Origin: Thermodesulfobacteriota bacterium | GTDB taxonomy: Bacteria > Desulfobacterota > WTBG01 > JAGOGO01 | Length of the DNA stretch: 32,000 nucleotides | Assembly (NCBI GenBank): GCA_026625185.1 | Contig: CP113000.1 | Span: forward strand, 2,325,622-2,357,621 | Direction: 5' to 3' | Part shown: positions 1-8,116 of the stretch, piece after piece | How positions within the stretch are numbered: position 1 is the first letter of the stretch | Layout of the letters: every line of letters begins with the position of its first letter | Program-made: the position numbers and the translations under genes | The notes under the pieces: model-generated | Database searches by the model: none | What the model was told of the DNA's origin: nothing | What the model saw: only the letters and a program-made list of their open reading frames with translations

Positions 1-586
1 CGTTGAAATACCTGAGACCGACGCACTCCATTTTATACTGCCGGGCAAAGACATCGGCATAAAGTTCATTGACATACTTGGTTATTGCGTAGGGCGACAA
101 CGGCTTTCCGATAATGTCCTCCTTCTTCGGCAGGCTCGGATGGTCTCCGTAGGTGGAAGAAGACGCGGCATAGACAAAACGGCTGATATTTGCATCCCGC
201 GCAGCAACCAGTATATTCAAAAAACCGTCAATGTTCGACTGATTGGTACGGATCGGGTCTTCAATAGAGCGCGGAACACTGCCCAGGGCCGCCTGATGTA
301 AAACAATATCAATATTCTCGCAGGCTGACCGGCAGGTATCGAGATCGCGAATATCTCCGTTGATAAACCTGAATCGAGACCACTGTTTTTCACTGACCAG
401 AGATTTGACGTCGTCAAGATTTCGCTGGCGTCCGGTTGAGAAGTTATCCAGCCCGACAACCGTCTGGTCATGCAAAAGAAGATATTCCAGCAGATTGGAA
501 CCGATAAAACCGGCTACGCCTGTGATGAGCCAGAGTTCAGATTTATTTTGAAAGATACTTTTTATTTGGTCGTTCAGATTATTCAT
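1..586 (-). CDS. NAD-dependent nucleotide-sugar 4-epimerase, WbpP/TviC-like (N-terminal ~195 aa; C-terminus lies beyond the left edge)
   Basis: Edge-truncated, so absent from the ORF track. My reverse-strand translation from ATG at 586-584 reads [37 protein letters not shown]...[12 protein letters not shown]...[18 protein letters not shown]...[18 protein letters not shown]...GLRYFN. It has the Rossmann GxxGxxG and the SDR Ser/YxxxK. It is near-colinear with P. aeruginosa WbpP as I recall it. Confidence 0.85.
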   Translation of the reverse strand, partial: MNNLNDQIKSIFQNKSELWLITGVAGFIGSNLLEYLLLHDQTVVGLDNFSTGRQRNLDDVKSLVSEKQWSRFRFINGDIRDLDTCRSACENIDIVLHQAALGSVPRSIEDPIRTNQSNIDGFLNILVAARDANISRFVYAASSSTYGDHPSLPKKEDIIGKPLSPYAITKYVNELYADVFARQYKMECVGLRYFN

Positions 587-667
587 TGGGGAATGAGAAA
601 GGAAACGTTGGTTCTTAAACAAATTTATGCTTTCTTGGGTTTCTACGGTTTGTCTTGTTTATTGAGT

Positions 668-1801
668 TTATTGCTCAAGATACCATTTATAGGTTGTCTT
701 TATTCCTTCTTCCAGTGTTATTTCCGGAGTCCAGCTGAGGGCTTTGATTTTGCTCACATCCAGCAATTTGCGCGGAGTGCCCTCTGGCTTGTCGATATCC
801 CACTTTATATCACCCTGAAACCCTACGATGTCTTTTATCATATATGCGAGATCCTGTGTGGTGATGTCATTGCCGGTGCCTATGTTTATGAATTCTCCTA
901 TATCTTTGAAATCGTATTTTTCCATAAGAAACAAGCATGCGCGGGCAAGGTCATCGACATAAAAAAACTCCCGGTAAGGCGCACCCGTGCCCCAGAGGTC
1001 AACAACCGTTAATTGTGAGGCGTGAGACGTGGGGCGTGAAGTGTAAACGGTTTTAATGCCGTATAGTGAAAGTTTTTCTGCGATATTTTTTTCGGTCGCC
1101 AGAGAAACATCAAAGCCTTTTAGCGGGTATTTTTCCAGATCCTTTTTTACCGCCTGAAAATTGCCATCAGACAGGCATTTTCCAAGATGCATTTTACGGA
1201 TGAGTGCGGGGAGAACATACAATGTCTGAAGATCAAAATTATCATTCGGCCCGTAGAGGTTTGTCGGGATGGCAGAGATGAAGTTGGTCCCGTACTGTTC
1301 GTTGTAATATCTGCAGAGCTTTATGGCGGCTATCTTGGGTATAGCATACGGTTCATTCGTGGGTTCAAGGACTCCTGTTAGAAGATAGTCCTCCTTCATG
1401 GGCTGGGACGCACATTTTGGATAGATGCAGGATGAACCGAGATTAAGAAGTTTTTTTACTCCGTATTCATAGCTCGCATGGATGAGGTTGGAAGCAATCA
1501 TAATATTTTCATAGATACAGTCTGCTTTATAAATACCACTATTATCACGGATGCCCCCCACGTTAGCAGCGCAGAGAAAGACGTAGTCGGGTCGTTCCTT
1601 TTCAAAATAGGCTTCCACTTCACTTTGTCGGATCAGATCGAGAGCAGAAAACTTGACTCGCGACTCTTGATTTGTAATTGGCGTTTTCCAAAAGCGGTTT
1701 GAAATTAAATTTCTATATCCTGAAGAAAGAAGTCTCTGGATGATAGCTGAGCCAACCATTTCGGTGCCGCCGGCGACAAAAATTTTATCGTTGAAGTTCA
1801 T
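668..1801 (-). CDS. fcl: GDP-L-fucose synthase family (GDP-4-keto-6-deoxymannose epimerase/reductase), variant with insertion
   Basis: 377-aa ORF with VAGGTEMVGSAI, LGSSCIYP, NEPYAIPK (YxxxK), NLYGPNDNF and DKPEGTPRKLLD. It is colinear with E. coli Fcl recalled from memory. It differs by a ~50-aa insertion (aa ~205-262) and by Tyr195 where E. coli has His179. Confidence 0.85.
   Translation of the reverse strand: MNFNDKIFVAGGTEMVGSAIIQRLLSSGYRNLISNRFWKTPITNQESRVKFSALDLIRQSEVEAYFEKERPDYVFLCAANVGGIRDNSGIYKADCIYENIMIASNLIHASYEYGVKKLLNLGSSCIYPKCASQPMKEDYLLTGVLEPTNEPYAIPKIAAIKLCRYYNEQYGTNFISAIPTNLYGPNDNFDLQTLYVLPALIRKMHLGKCLSDGNFQAVKKDLEKYPLKGFDVSLATEKNIAEKLSLYGIKTVYTSRPTSHASQLTVVDLWGTGAPYREFFYVDDLARACLFLMEKYDFKDIGEFINIGTGNDITTQDLAYMIKDIVGFQGDIKWDIDKPEGTPRKLLDVSKIKALSWTPEITLEEGIKTTYKWYLEQ
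1015..1049. repeat. degenerate heptamer tandem array inside fcl
   Basis: GTGAGGC GTGAGAC GTGGGGC GTGAAGT GTAAACG. On the coding (minus) strand it encodes VYTSRPTSHASQ within the Fcl insertion. Confidence 0.7.
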
Positions 1802-1814
1802 AAAATTCCATAAC

Positions 1815-1849
1815 TCGTAATTCGTAAGACGTGAAAGGTGAATTGTTCA
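1815..1849. repeat. degenerate heptamer tandem array (intergenic)
   Basis: TCGTAAT TCGTAAG ACGTGAA AGGTGAA TTGTTCA. It lies between the fcl start and the 36-aa ORF. Confidence 0.6.
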
Positions 1850-1957
1850 ATTGCTGCCACGCAGGTATCGTATTAGTCCATTGATCATTTGTTTTATTGC
1901 TGTGATTTTTTGAGTCAGCAAATCAATATCTTGGTCGGTGATTAAAACACGTTTCAT
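1847..1957 (-). CDS. 36-aa ORF resembling the last helix of a four-helix-bundle (23S rRNA IVS-type) protein; probable remnant
   Basis: My translation is MKRVLITDQDIDLLTQKITAIKQMINGLIRYLRGSN, with a GGAG about 7 nt upstream. The ...K(Q/M)(M/L)(I/L)NGLI(K/R)xL(K/R) ending matches the C-termini of PF05635-type proteins as I remember them. It is too short to be the full ~120-aa protein. Confidence 0.4.
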   Translation of the reverse strand: MKRVLITDQDIDLLTQKITAIKQMINGLIRYLRGSN

Positions 1958-1978
1958 GATAGGCTCCAAGAGATTAGT

Positions 1979-2431
1979 TTAATTGGTTTCATTTGTTCCA
2001 TTGGTCTGAACTGGGGTATGTGATTTCTGAGCTACTAAAGGGATGACGATAAAACCGCTTGCAAATTCGATGTCACTAATGGCATTAAAGTCAAAGGGAT
2101 TGGCGATGACAACGCTAAGCTCTCTGCCATTTTTTGCAATTGGTATCGCGGAATACTTTTTTATAACCTTTTCGGGGACCATCTTAACCACATTGAGATC
2201 GATCTCCATTTCTTCAACGAGGACGTAGGGAAGGTTTTTTTTCTTCGCGAGGACTTTAGCGAGAATTTCTTTTTTTATTTATTCCTTCTCAACCAGGTAA
2301 TCATAGAAATCCCCCCCCCCGAGGTCTTTTGCCATTTCAAAGCATCCTTTAAATGTTCCGGCTGGATATATCCCCGGGGCAGCAAGTTCATGAGCTAACT
2401 TAATGAGCACTTGGTCTTTCAGATCTTTCAT
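1979..2431 (-). pseudogene. stand-alone T2SSE_N/MshEN-like domain gene interrupted by one in-frame TAA (2281-2279)
   Basis: The frame from ATG 2431 to the stop at 1979 is continuous except for TAA: ...DLGGGDFYDYLVEKE*IKKEILAKVLAKKKNLPYVLVEEMEIDLNVVKMVPEKVIKKYSAIPIAKNGRELSVVIANPFDFNAISDIEF... The ORF track only reports the 76-aa tail (1979..2209). Confidence 0.6.
2311..2320. repeat. C10 homopolymer (G10 on the coding strand, encodes GGG)
   Basis: Counted directly: gaaat-cccccccccc-gaggtc. Confidence 0.95.
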
Positions 2432-2539
2432 ATGCTTTTTGGGGCTAAATCCTTGTTAATTTTTTTCCTGGATATTTTTTATCGCAGTTGTCCTATTATG
2501 CCTTTTTGGGAAGTAATGGAGTTATTCACAAAACCCGTT

Positions 2540-3577
2540 TTATACAATCTCAAACTTAAACCCTTTTTCAGTAAAGAGCTTAATGCAGGTATCGACCACC
2601 TTAGAGTCGTAAAGGAGACCTTTTTTCTGAGAAATTTCTTCGAGCGCTTTTTCGATTCCCAACGCAGGACGATAAGGTCGGTGGGAAGCCATTGCCTCTA
2701 CTACATCAGCAACACCGATAATTTTTGCCTCAAGTAATATTTCCTTGTCTTTAAGACCTAAAGGATAACCGGATCCATCTGATCTTTCGTGATGTTGGAG
2801 CACAATTTGGGCAATGGGCCAAGGAAGCGTAATATTTTTTAATATCTCGTACCCTGACTGGGGGTGAGTTTTAACCAAAGAAAATTCAATATCAGTTAAT
2901 TTACCTGGTTTGCTTAAGATTTCAGAGGGGGTTGAAATCTTGCCGATATCATGGATGAGGCTCGCCATCTTGACTCCTTCGACCTCTTTTTCGGAAAGAC
3001 CCATCTCTTGAGCCAAAGCCGAAGCAAGCAGGGTTACGCGTTGCTGATGACCCGCGGTGTAAGGATCACGGGATTCAATAGTCAAAACCATGACATGGAT
3101 GATACCTTGCATTGCTTTCCGCAGATCGTTAAGGGTTACTTGAAGTTCTTCGGTCCGTTCCTGGACCATTTTTTCAAGGTTCTCTTGGTACAGCCGGTTT
3201 TGTCTCTCTAGGTTACGACGGTGCAGCGCATTGGTAACATTAATTACCAGTTCGTTAGGTTTAAAGGGTTTAATGATGTAGCCATAGACCCCTATTTTTA
3301 GGGCAGTCGACGCCAGGTCCGGATCATCCACAGCCGTCACCATCACTATTGCAGCCTCTGGTTTCTGTTTTAGGACATCCCGAGAAAAATCCAGTCCTGA
3401 TTCCCCGGGCATATGCATATCGCAAAGGATGAGGTCAAAAAAATCTTCTTTCAGGTAACTCCGCGCTTTACTTGTATTGGGAGCCAGGGTGCACTTATAT
3501 CCGTATATTTCCAGAAGTTGTTTAATTAAGTTTAGTACCTGGACTTCATCATCTACGACTAAGACATTTGCCATCAT
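2540..3577 (-). CDS. response regulator with HD-GYP domain (RpfG-type c-di-GMP phosphodiesterase)
   Basis: The receiver has VLVVDDE...LILCDMHMPG. The HD-GYP domain has HDIGK...HHERSDGSGYP. Confidence 0.9.
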   Translation of the reverse strand: MMANVLVVDDEVQVLNLIKQLLEIYGYKCTLAPNTSKARSYLKEDFFDLILCDMHMPGESGLDFSRDVLKQKPEAAIVMVTAVDDPDLASTALKIGVYGYIIKPFKPNELVINVTNALHRRNLERQNRLYQENLEKMVQERTEELQVTLNDLRKAMQGIIHVMVLTIESRDPYTAGHQQRVTLLASALAQEMGLSEKEVEGVKMASLIHDIGKISTPSEILSKPGKLTDIEFSLVKTHPQSGYEILKNITLPWPIAQIVLQHHERSDGSGYPLGLKDKEILLEAKIIGVADVVEAMASHRPYRPALGIEKALEEISQKKGLLYDSKVVDTCIKLFTEKGFKFEIV

Positions 3578-3781
3578 GGTCCTTGATCCTTATTGAACTG
3601 GGGATTGTTCAAAGAGAGGTCTGGAGTCAAATCTTTCAGTGTTTAACTTGGGACAGGGAGCAGTTTTAAGGTATTTCCCCTCACCTTAGTCTTCTTACCA
3701 AGGGGAGAGGAAAATCTATACTTTCTCTAACCCCTCTAACTACTCTTTAACAAAGGGGGAATTGGTTTTGGTTTATCCTGA

Positions 3782-4933
3782 TCAGGAAAACCATCGTTTA
3801 ACGAAAGATGAATTCTTATTTGCCGGCTTCTGGTCCTTGCTGGCAAAAGTGGCGGCAAGCCTTCTGAATTTTTTGGTAATTTCCGCCTTGGGTTCGATTG
3901 CTGATAACACTTTTCCCTGATTGATGGCCGCGAACGTGGTGGAAAAATCATTCGGCAAATTCCAGAATATGCTATGATCAAAGCTTTCTTCGGCATCTTT
4001 CAGAGTTACCTGAGAATTTTTCAAATAGCGGTTCACCACAATTTTGACTTTTCCCTTCCGGGGATACCCCCAGAAATCATAAATCTTAAAAATTTTTTTA
4101 GTATTGGCAATGCAAGGCAGAGTTAAAATAGTGATTAACAAAACCGTGTCGGAAATTTGATGAATTTTCTGGGAAATCAGATCCAGCAGTTGCCCGCTGT
4201 CAATCACCACAAAATCAAACATCCGCCGCATGATATTGAGAAGGCGCTCTACCGCTTCCGGCGAAACATTTTCATGGCCGGGAGTGCCCGGGGAGGAAAA
4301 CAAATATATTCCCGAACTGTGCTTGCTGAGGACATTCATAATAAAGGTGGGGTCCAGGCGGGTGATGTTTTTGGAAATTGCACCCCAATGATAACCGGGA
4401 CGCAGATCCAGAAAAAGCGGGGTTTCTCCGGTCGCCATATTCATATCCACCAGAGCCACTGATTTGCTGGCGGCTATTTCCGCCAAGCTGACGGCTAAGT
4501 TCACGGCAATCGTCGTTGTTCCCACCCCGCCTTTACTGCCCATAATATTTATAAGCTGGCCTAATTTTATCCGCTTGCTTGATTGTGGGCCTTCGCGAAA
4601 TTTTTTTAAAGCCTTCTTTACTTCATCGTCTTTTATCGGCTGGGGGAAAAATTCCTTGGCTCCGATGCGTATTGACTGGAGCAGCAAGTCCTGGTCGGAC
4701 TTTTTTGAGGTAAGAAAAATATCAGTGACTGCTTCGGATTGAAGCAGTGATTGAATCACATGGAAGTCATGGTCAGTATCAGTCCCCACCTCAAAGATTA
4801 AAAGATCAGCCGGCTGTTTATCGTCTTCTGACAGAATCTCAAACCCGCCGGTTGAGCTGATGATATACTCAAACTTTTTCTTTAACATCTGGTCTTTTGT
4901 ATCTATTTTAACCCGTTTTTTATTATCAAGCAT
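3782..4933 (-). CDS. TadZ/CpaE-like MinD/ParA-family ATPase with N-terminal pseudo-receiver domain
   Basis: Deviant Walker A MGSKGGVGTTTIAVNLA. The N-terminal receiver-like fold has Glu instead of the phospho-Asp (DLLIFEVG). Confidence 0.7.
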   Translation of the reverse strand: MLDNKKRVKIDTKDQMLKKKFEYIISSTGGFEILSEDDKQPADLLIFEVGTDTDHDFHVIQSLLQSEAVTDIFLTSKKSDQDLLLQSIRIGAKEFFPQPIKDDEVKKALKKFREGPQSSKRIKLGQLINIMGSKGGVGTTTIAVNLAVSLAEIAASKSVALVDMNMATGETPLFLDLRPGYHWGAISKNITRLDPTFIMNVLSKHSSGIYLFSSPGTPGHENVSPEAVERLLNIMRRMFDFVVIDSGQLLDLISQKIHQISDTVLLITILTLPCIANTKKIFKIYDFWGYPRKGKVKIVVNRYLKNSQVTLKDAEESFDHSIFWNLPNDFSTTFAAINQGKVLSAIEPKAEITKKFRRLAATFASKDQKPANKNSSFVKRWFS

Positions 4934-4990
4934 ACCTTGTTACCATTTGTTCAGATAGGCTTCCTTGACTTCTACATTCTACAGGTTTAA

Positions 4991-5291
4991 GCGTTACCCG
5001 TAAGATATGAAAAGTAAACTGTAACACTTTACACTTCAAGGTGAAAGAAACTGTGAACATACTTACTGAGGAGTAAAGCGCAAGGCGCATAGCGCGGGGC
5101 GATATTATCCTCAAACCTTATGCCTCGAACCTTATTCCTTACCGCTCATGGTTTACGGTTCCCGTTTTTCGGGTAAGCTCCGCCTGGTCAGGTTTGGAGG
5201 AACCTTCAAATGGTTTGGAAATATATAATTTTTAAGCACAGTAACAATCAAAGCACTAAAAGCAAAGCGCATTGCGCAGAGCGCGGTTGCC
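4991..5291. repeat. ~300-nt mosaic of degenerate heptanucleotide tandem arrays in one constant register (43 units)
   Basis: Read by eye in 7-nt register: xxGTAAx block, AAAGCGC AAGGCGC ATAGCGC GGGGCGA, CTCAAAC CTTATGC CTCGAAC CTTATTC CTTACCG CTCATGG, TTTACGG TTCCCGT TTTTCGG, ... AAAGCGC ATTGCGC AGAGCGC GGTTGCC. Confidence 0.75.
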
Positions 5292-5298
5292 CAAGAGT

Positions 5299-5835
5299 TT
5301 ACGCGGCCCTGATGAGTGCCGCAGGCACAGTAACTCGTATCTGGGCATTTAAGAGATTCAGCAGCAAACAGACCCTTCCCTTATCCGACTCCCAATGGTC
5401 AAACAGAGCATAGCGGTCCTTGAAGGGACCGGAGGTAATCGAAACCGGATCATGCTTCTGGTACGTCCCCCACCGCGCCGGGCGGATTAGGCCGTCATTG
5501 TCGGTTAATGACCTAATGGACAAAATCAGTTCATCGGCAATTGGCTGCGGAGCGTTATTTTCCCAGAGCACTTTTTTTACTCCACTGGTCCAAAAAATCT
5601 GAGTGACGTTTTTTCTTTCGCACCAGGCAAAAAGATAATTGGGAAAAAGGGACTTGGTCTTTTTAATTTTTTTAAGTCCGTTATAGATGTGAGTCTCAAT
5701 TTCAGGCACGTAGGTCTCGATCCCCTTGCGTTTAAGATGCAGGGCCACGGCTTTTTCCTGTCCGGGTTTGGTATAGACGACAAACCAGCTTTTTTTCATC
5801 ATTAATGTTTCGGGTTTGAAAGTTTCAGGGTTCAT
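5299..5835 (-). CDS. NusG paralogue (RfaH/UpxY/LoaP-like operon-specific antiterminator)
   Basis: NGN motif SWFVVYTKPGQEKAV. KOW-like region GDPVSITSGPFKDRYALF...RVCLLLNLL. Its ATG overlaps the upstream stop (ATGA at 5832-5835). An alternative start exists at MMKKSW (about 5802). Confidence 0.8.
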   Translation of the reverse strand: MNPETFKPETLMMKKSWFVVYTKPGQEKAVALHLKRKGIETYVPEIETHIYNGLKKIKKTKSLFPNYLFAWCERKNVTQIFWTSGVKKVLWENNAPQPIADELILSIRSLTDNDGLIRPARWGTYQKHDPVSITSGPFKDRYALFDHWESDKGRVCLLLNLLNAQIRVTVPAALIRAA

Positions 5836-8003
5836 GGTTTAGAATTCCCCGCGCTCTTTAAATAATTTTGGATAGAGGTATTATTCGGATCAAGCATGAG
5901 CGCCCGGGAAAATTCAATTTTAGCGTCGAGCAATTTATTTGAAGGCATGGGATTTTCGGAGTATTTCGAAAGACGCTGTAGTTCGTTAATTATCCATTCT
6001 AAACAAAAATGGTACCAGGCATTGGCTGGGGAAAAATGTACGGCGTCTTCATAGGCCTTCAAAGCTTTAAGTCCATAGAATTGGGTATTTTCTCTGGACA
6101 TGAATACCCAGCGGCCCTGGATTAACTCCCACGTGCCCTGTTTCCAGTCTTCGCTCATCTTCCGGGCATAATAGTTACCCAGCTCATAATGATACTGGGC
6201 ATTACCCGAATCAAAAAAGATTGCTCTCTTAAGGGGCCCTGGATTTGCTGTGTCAATAAGGTTCGCCGGGTTTACTGCGCGGCTGAGGGATTGGTAGTTA
6301 ATAAAAAAGCGATACGCCAGATAATCTTTCATTACCACGGCAAGCAGGAACACCACCACGAGGGCTTTTCCAATACTTAGTGCAGTTTTTATTTTTATTT
6401 TGTGCGAGAGAAAAGCACTCCGAACCGGAAGGAGAGAAAATTCTTCTTCACTTTTTTTAAGAGTAACCGCAACCACACAGAGACCCAGGATTACAAAAAG
6501 AAGAAAAGCGTTGGCAGGGATGTGAAGGTTAAACTCCACGACCGAATGGCAAAGGATAGCCAGAGCGCCAGTGCAGCCACCGAGGGTTATACCTACCACA
6601 AAAGGGTCCCGCCGGTCTTTCCATTTTTTCATTACCGAAAAGAGTAAAATAAATATCCCGCAAAAGAAAAGGATAAAGCCTACCCAGCCAATATCAGCGA
6701 GCATTTCCACATAATCATTATGGGCGTGTTCCCAGAAAGCAGTGGTGGGAATAGTTTTATATTTAGGATAAATAGTTTGAAAATTACCCAGCCCAACCCC
6801 AAAAAGGCGAAAGTCCCGGGATAGATGACCCGTATCCTTCCACACCTGGAGCCTTCCCCCTAAGGCGGTTGTGGGGTTGGAGAGAGTAGCGAATTTCGTG
6901 ATCACCGAGCCGACGCCCATCCATAAAACGCAAATAAAAATCAACCCACTGATAAGCAGTATTATTTTCCTTTTTCCCTTGTTAACCTTTTGCCATCCGA
7001 GCAACAGGGAAAATAACCCTAAGGAAAAAACAAAGGAAATGATCCCACCCCGCGAGACTGAAATAAAGAGTGCTGATGCCATGAAGACGATAATGAAGAT
7101 GAGGAGAATATTTTTCGCCAGCCAGGATTCAAGCATTGAAAACCGCTGTTTCCAGTCTTTTGTCATGGGAAGGTTACCCGGCTTCTCGCGGCTCACCAGA
7201 AAACCGAGTGCGAGCAGGGTAACCATCTCCAGGTAACCGGCCAAGTGATTGGCGTTGATAAAAGGGCCGCCGTAACTTCCGATTTTGTATTGCGACTGCC
7301 AGAATCCATAGATTGTATCTGACTTGCTGAGCATCTGGCAGAGAGCTAAAAAAGCCACACCCGTGCCCGTGAAAATAATGGTCAACACCATTTTTCGTAT
7401 CTGACGGGCGTTGGTCATGGTCGTGGTGATGAGAAAAAATACGGCGATGTAGACAAAGAATTTGAGAAATTCGGTTTTGGTGGCATGACCATAAATGCTC
7501 AGAGGGCGAGGAGCGAGGAGCGCTGAGCTGAGTTCAGAAAACGATGAACGAGGCATAACGTCCAAAGAGCTGAAGTCAGGGGGTGGAGAAAAGGGAGCGG
7601 GGAGCAGGTCCGTAATGCGTGGTGCGTCAGGGGTGACTTTTGGCGCCTGACTCCTTGCTCCCTTACCATTCTCCAAGGTTTGTTGATAGAGCTCATAGGT
7701 ATTTGGTGATAGGTGTTTTATTACTGTCGCAGGTAAAGGAACCATCTGAAAAATGATTAAGCCGGAAAAAAGGAAAAAAGGAAGTGTAAGACGCGAAGTG
7801 TGAGGGGTAACACCTGACGCCTGACCTTTTGCACCTGATGGGTCATGCGTAAGGTTTGAGAAGAGCCAGGTCAGGAGGAGGAAAAGGACAATCACTTCCA
7901 CGATGGTATAAGCCCAGATATGGACCGAGCCGAAGGCAAGCGGAGTAAAGATAATCAGGAAAATGAGACCATATTCAATGATTGTGTCAGGCTTTATTTT
8001 CAT
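5832..8003 (-). CDS. Wzy_C/O-antigen-ligase-like polytopic membrane protein with C-terminal TPR repeats
   Basis: Many hydrophobic spans. The EHAHNDYVEMLADIGWVG motif is typical of O-antigen ligase/polymerase loops. The C-terminus has TPR-like repeats (YHYELGNYYARK, ALKAYEDAVHFSPANAWYH, EFSRALMLDPNN). Confidence 0.75.
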   Translation of the reverse strand: MKIKPDTIIEYGLIFLIIFTPLAFGSVHIWAYTIVEVIVLFLLLTWLFSNLTHDPSGAKGQASGVTPHTSRLTLPFFLFSGLIIFQMVPLPATVIKHLSPNTYELYQQTLENGKGARSQAPKVTPDAPRITDLLPAPFSPPPDFSSLDVMPRSSFSELSSALLAPRPLSIYGHATKTEFLKFFVYIAVFFLITTTMTNARQIRKMVLTIIFTGTGVAFLALCQMLSKSDTIYGFWQSQYKIGSYGGPFINANHLAGYLEMVTLLALGFLVSREKPGNLPMTKDWKQRFSMLESWLAKNILLIFIIVFMASALFISVSRGGIISFVFSLGLFSLLLGWQKVNKGKRKIILLISGLIFICVLWMGVGSVITKFATLSNPTTALGGRLQVWKDTGHLSRDFRLFGVGLGNFQTIYPKYKTIPTTAFWEHAHNDYVEMLADIGWVGFILFFCGIFILLFSVMKKWKDRRDPFVVGITLGGCTGALAILCHSVVEFNLHIPANAFLLFVILGLCVVAVTLKKSEEEFSLLPVRSAFLSHKIKIKTALSIGKALVVVFLLAVVMKDYLAYRFFINYQSLSRAVNPANLIDTANPGPLKRAIFFDSGNAQYHYELGNYYARKMSEDWKQGTWELIQGRWVFMSRENTQFYGLKALKAYEDAVHFSPANAWYHFCLEWIINELQRLSKYSENPMPSNKLLDAKIEFSRALMLDPNNTSIQNYLKSAGNSKP
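7506..7673. repeat. 24-unit degenerate heptamer array inside the ligase-like CDS (168 nt = 56 codons)
   Basis: GCGAGGA GCGAGGA GCGCTGA GCTGAGT ... CGTAATG CGTGGTG CGTCAGG GGTGACT TTTGGCG CCTGACT CCTTGCT. It encodes the low-complexity segment at aa ~111-166. Confidence 0.65.
7781..7857. repeat. 11-unit degenerate heptamer array inside the ligase-like CDS
   Basis: GAAGTGT AAGACGC GAAGTGT GAGGGGT AACACCT GACGCCT GACCTTT TGCACCT GATGGGT CATGCGT AAGGTTT. It encodes aa ~50-75 (NLTHDPSGAKGQASGVTPHTSRLTLP). Confidence 0.65.
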
Positions 8004-8116
8004 TTTTCAGTGTTAGGTTAAAGCTGATATTTTCAACTAAACAGAACATCTCTTGAGAAAATTTTAACTGAAAAGGTTAAAAAGAATTACCTGTCCTAAA
8101 CCCAAACCGCAGGTTT

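Noticed and set aside
470-1012. 180-aa plus-strand ORF spanning the epimerase/fcl junction
   Set aside because: It is antisense to two well-supported minus-strand genes, its sequence is low-complexity and hydrophobic with no motifs, and it crosses an intergenic gap. This is a shadow ORF. The same applies to 1187..1381, 1478..1702, 2043..2228, 2411..2737 and 2951..3211.
3736-3996. 86-aa minus-strand ORF overlapping the 3' end of the TadZ-like gene
   Set aside because: It is out of frame with and nested in a better-supported gene, and its Arg/Pro-rich composition is typical of an off-frame translation.
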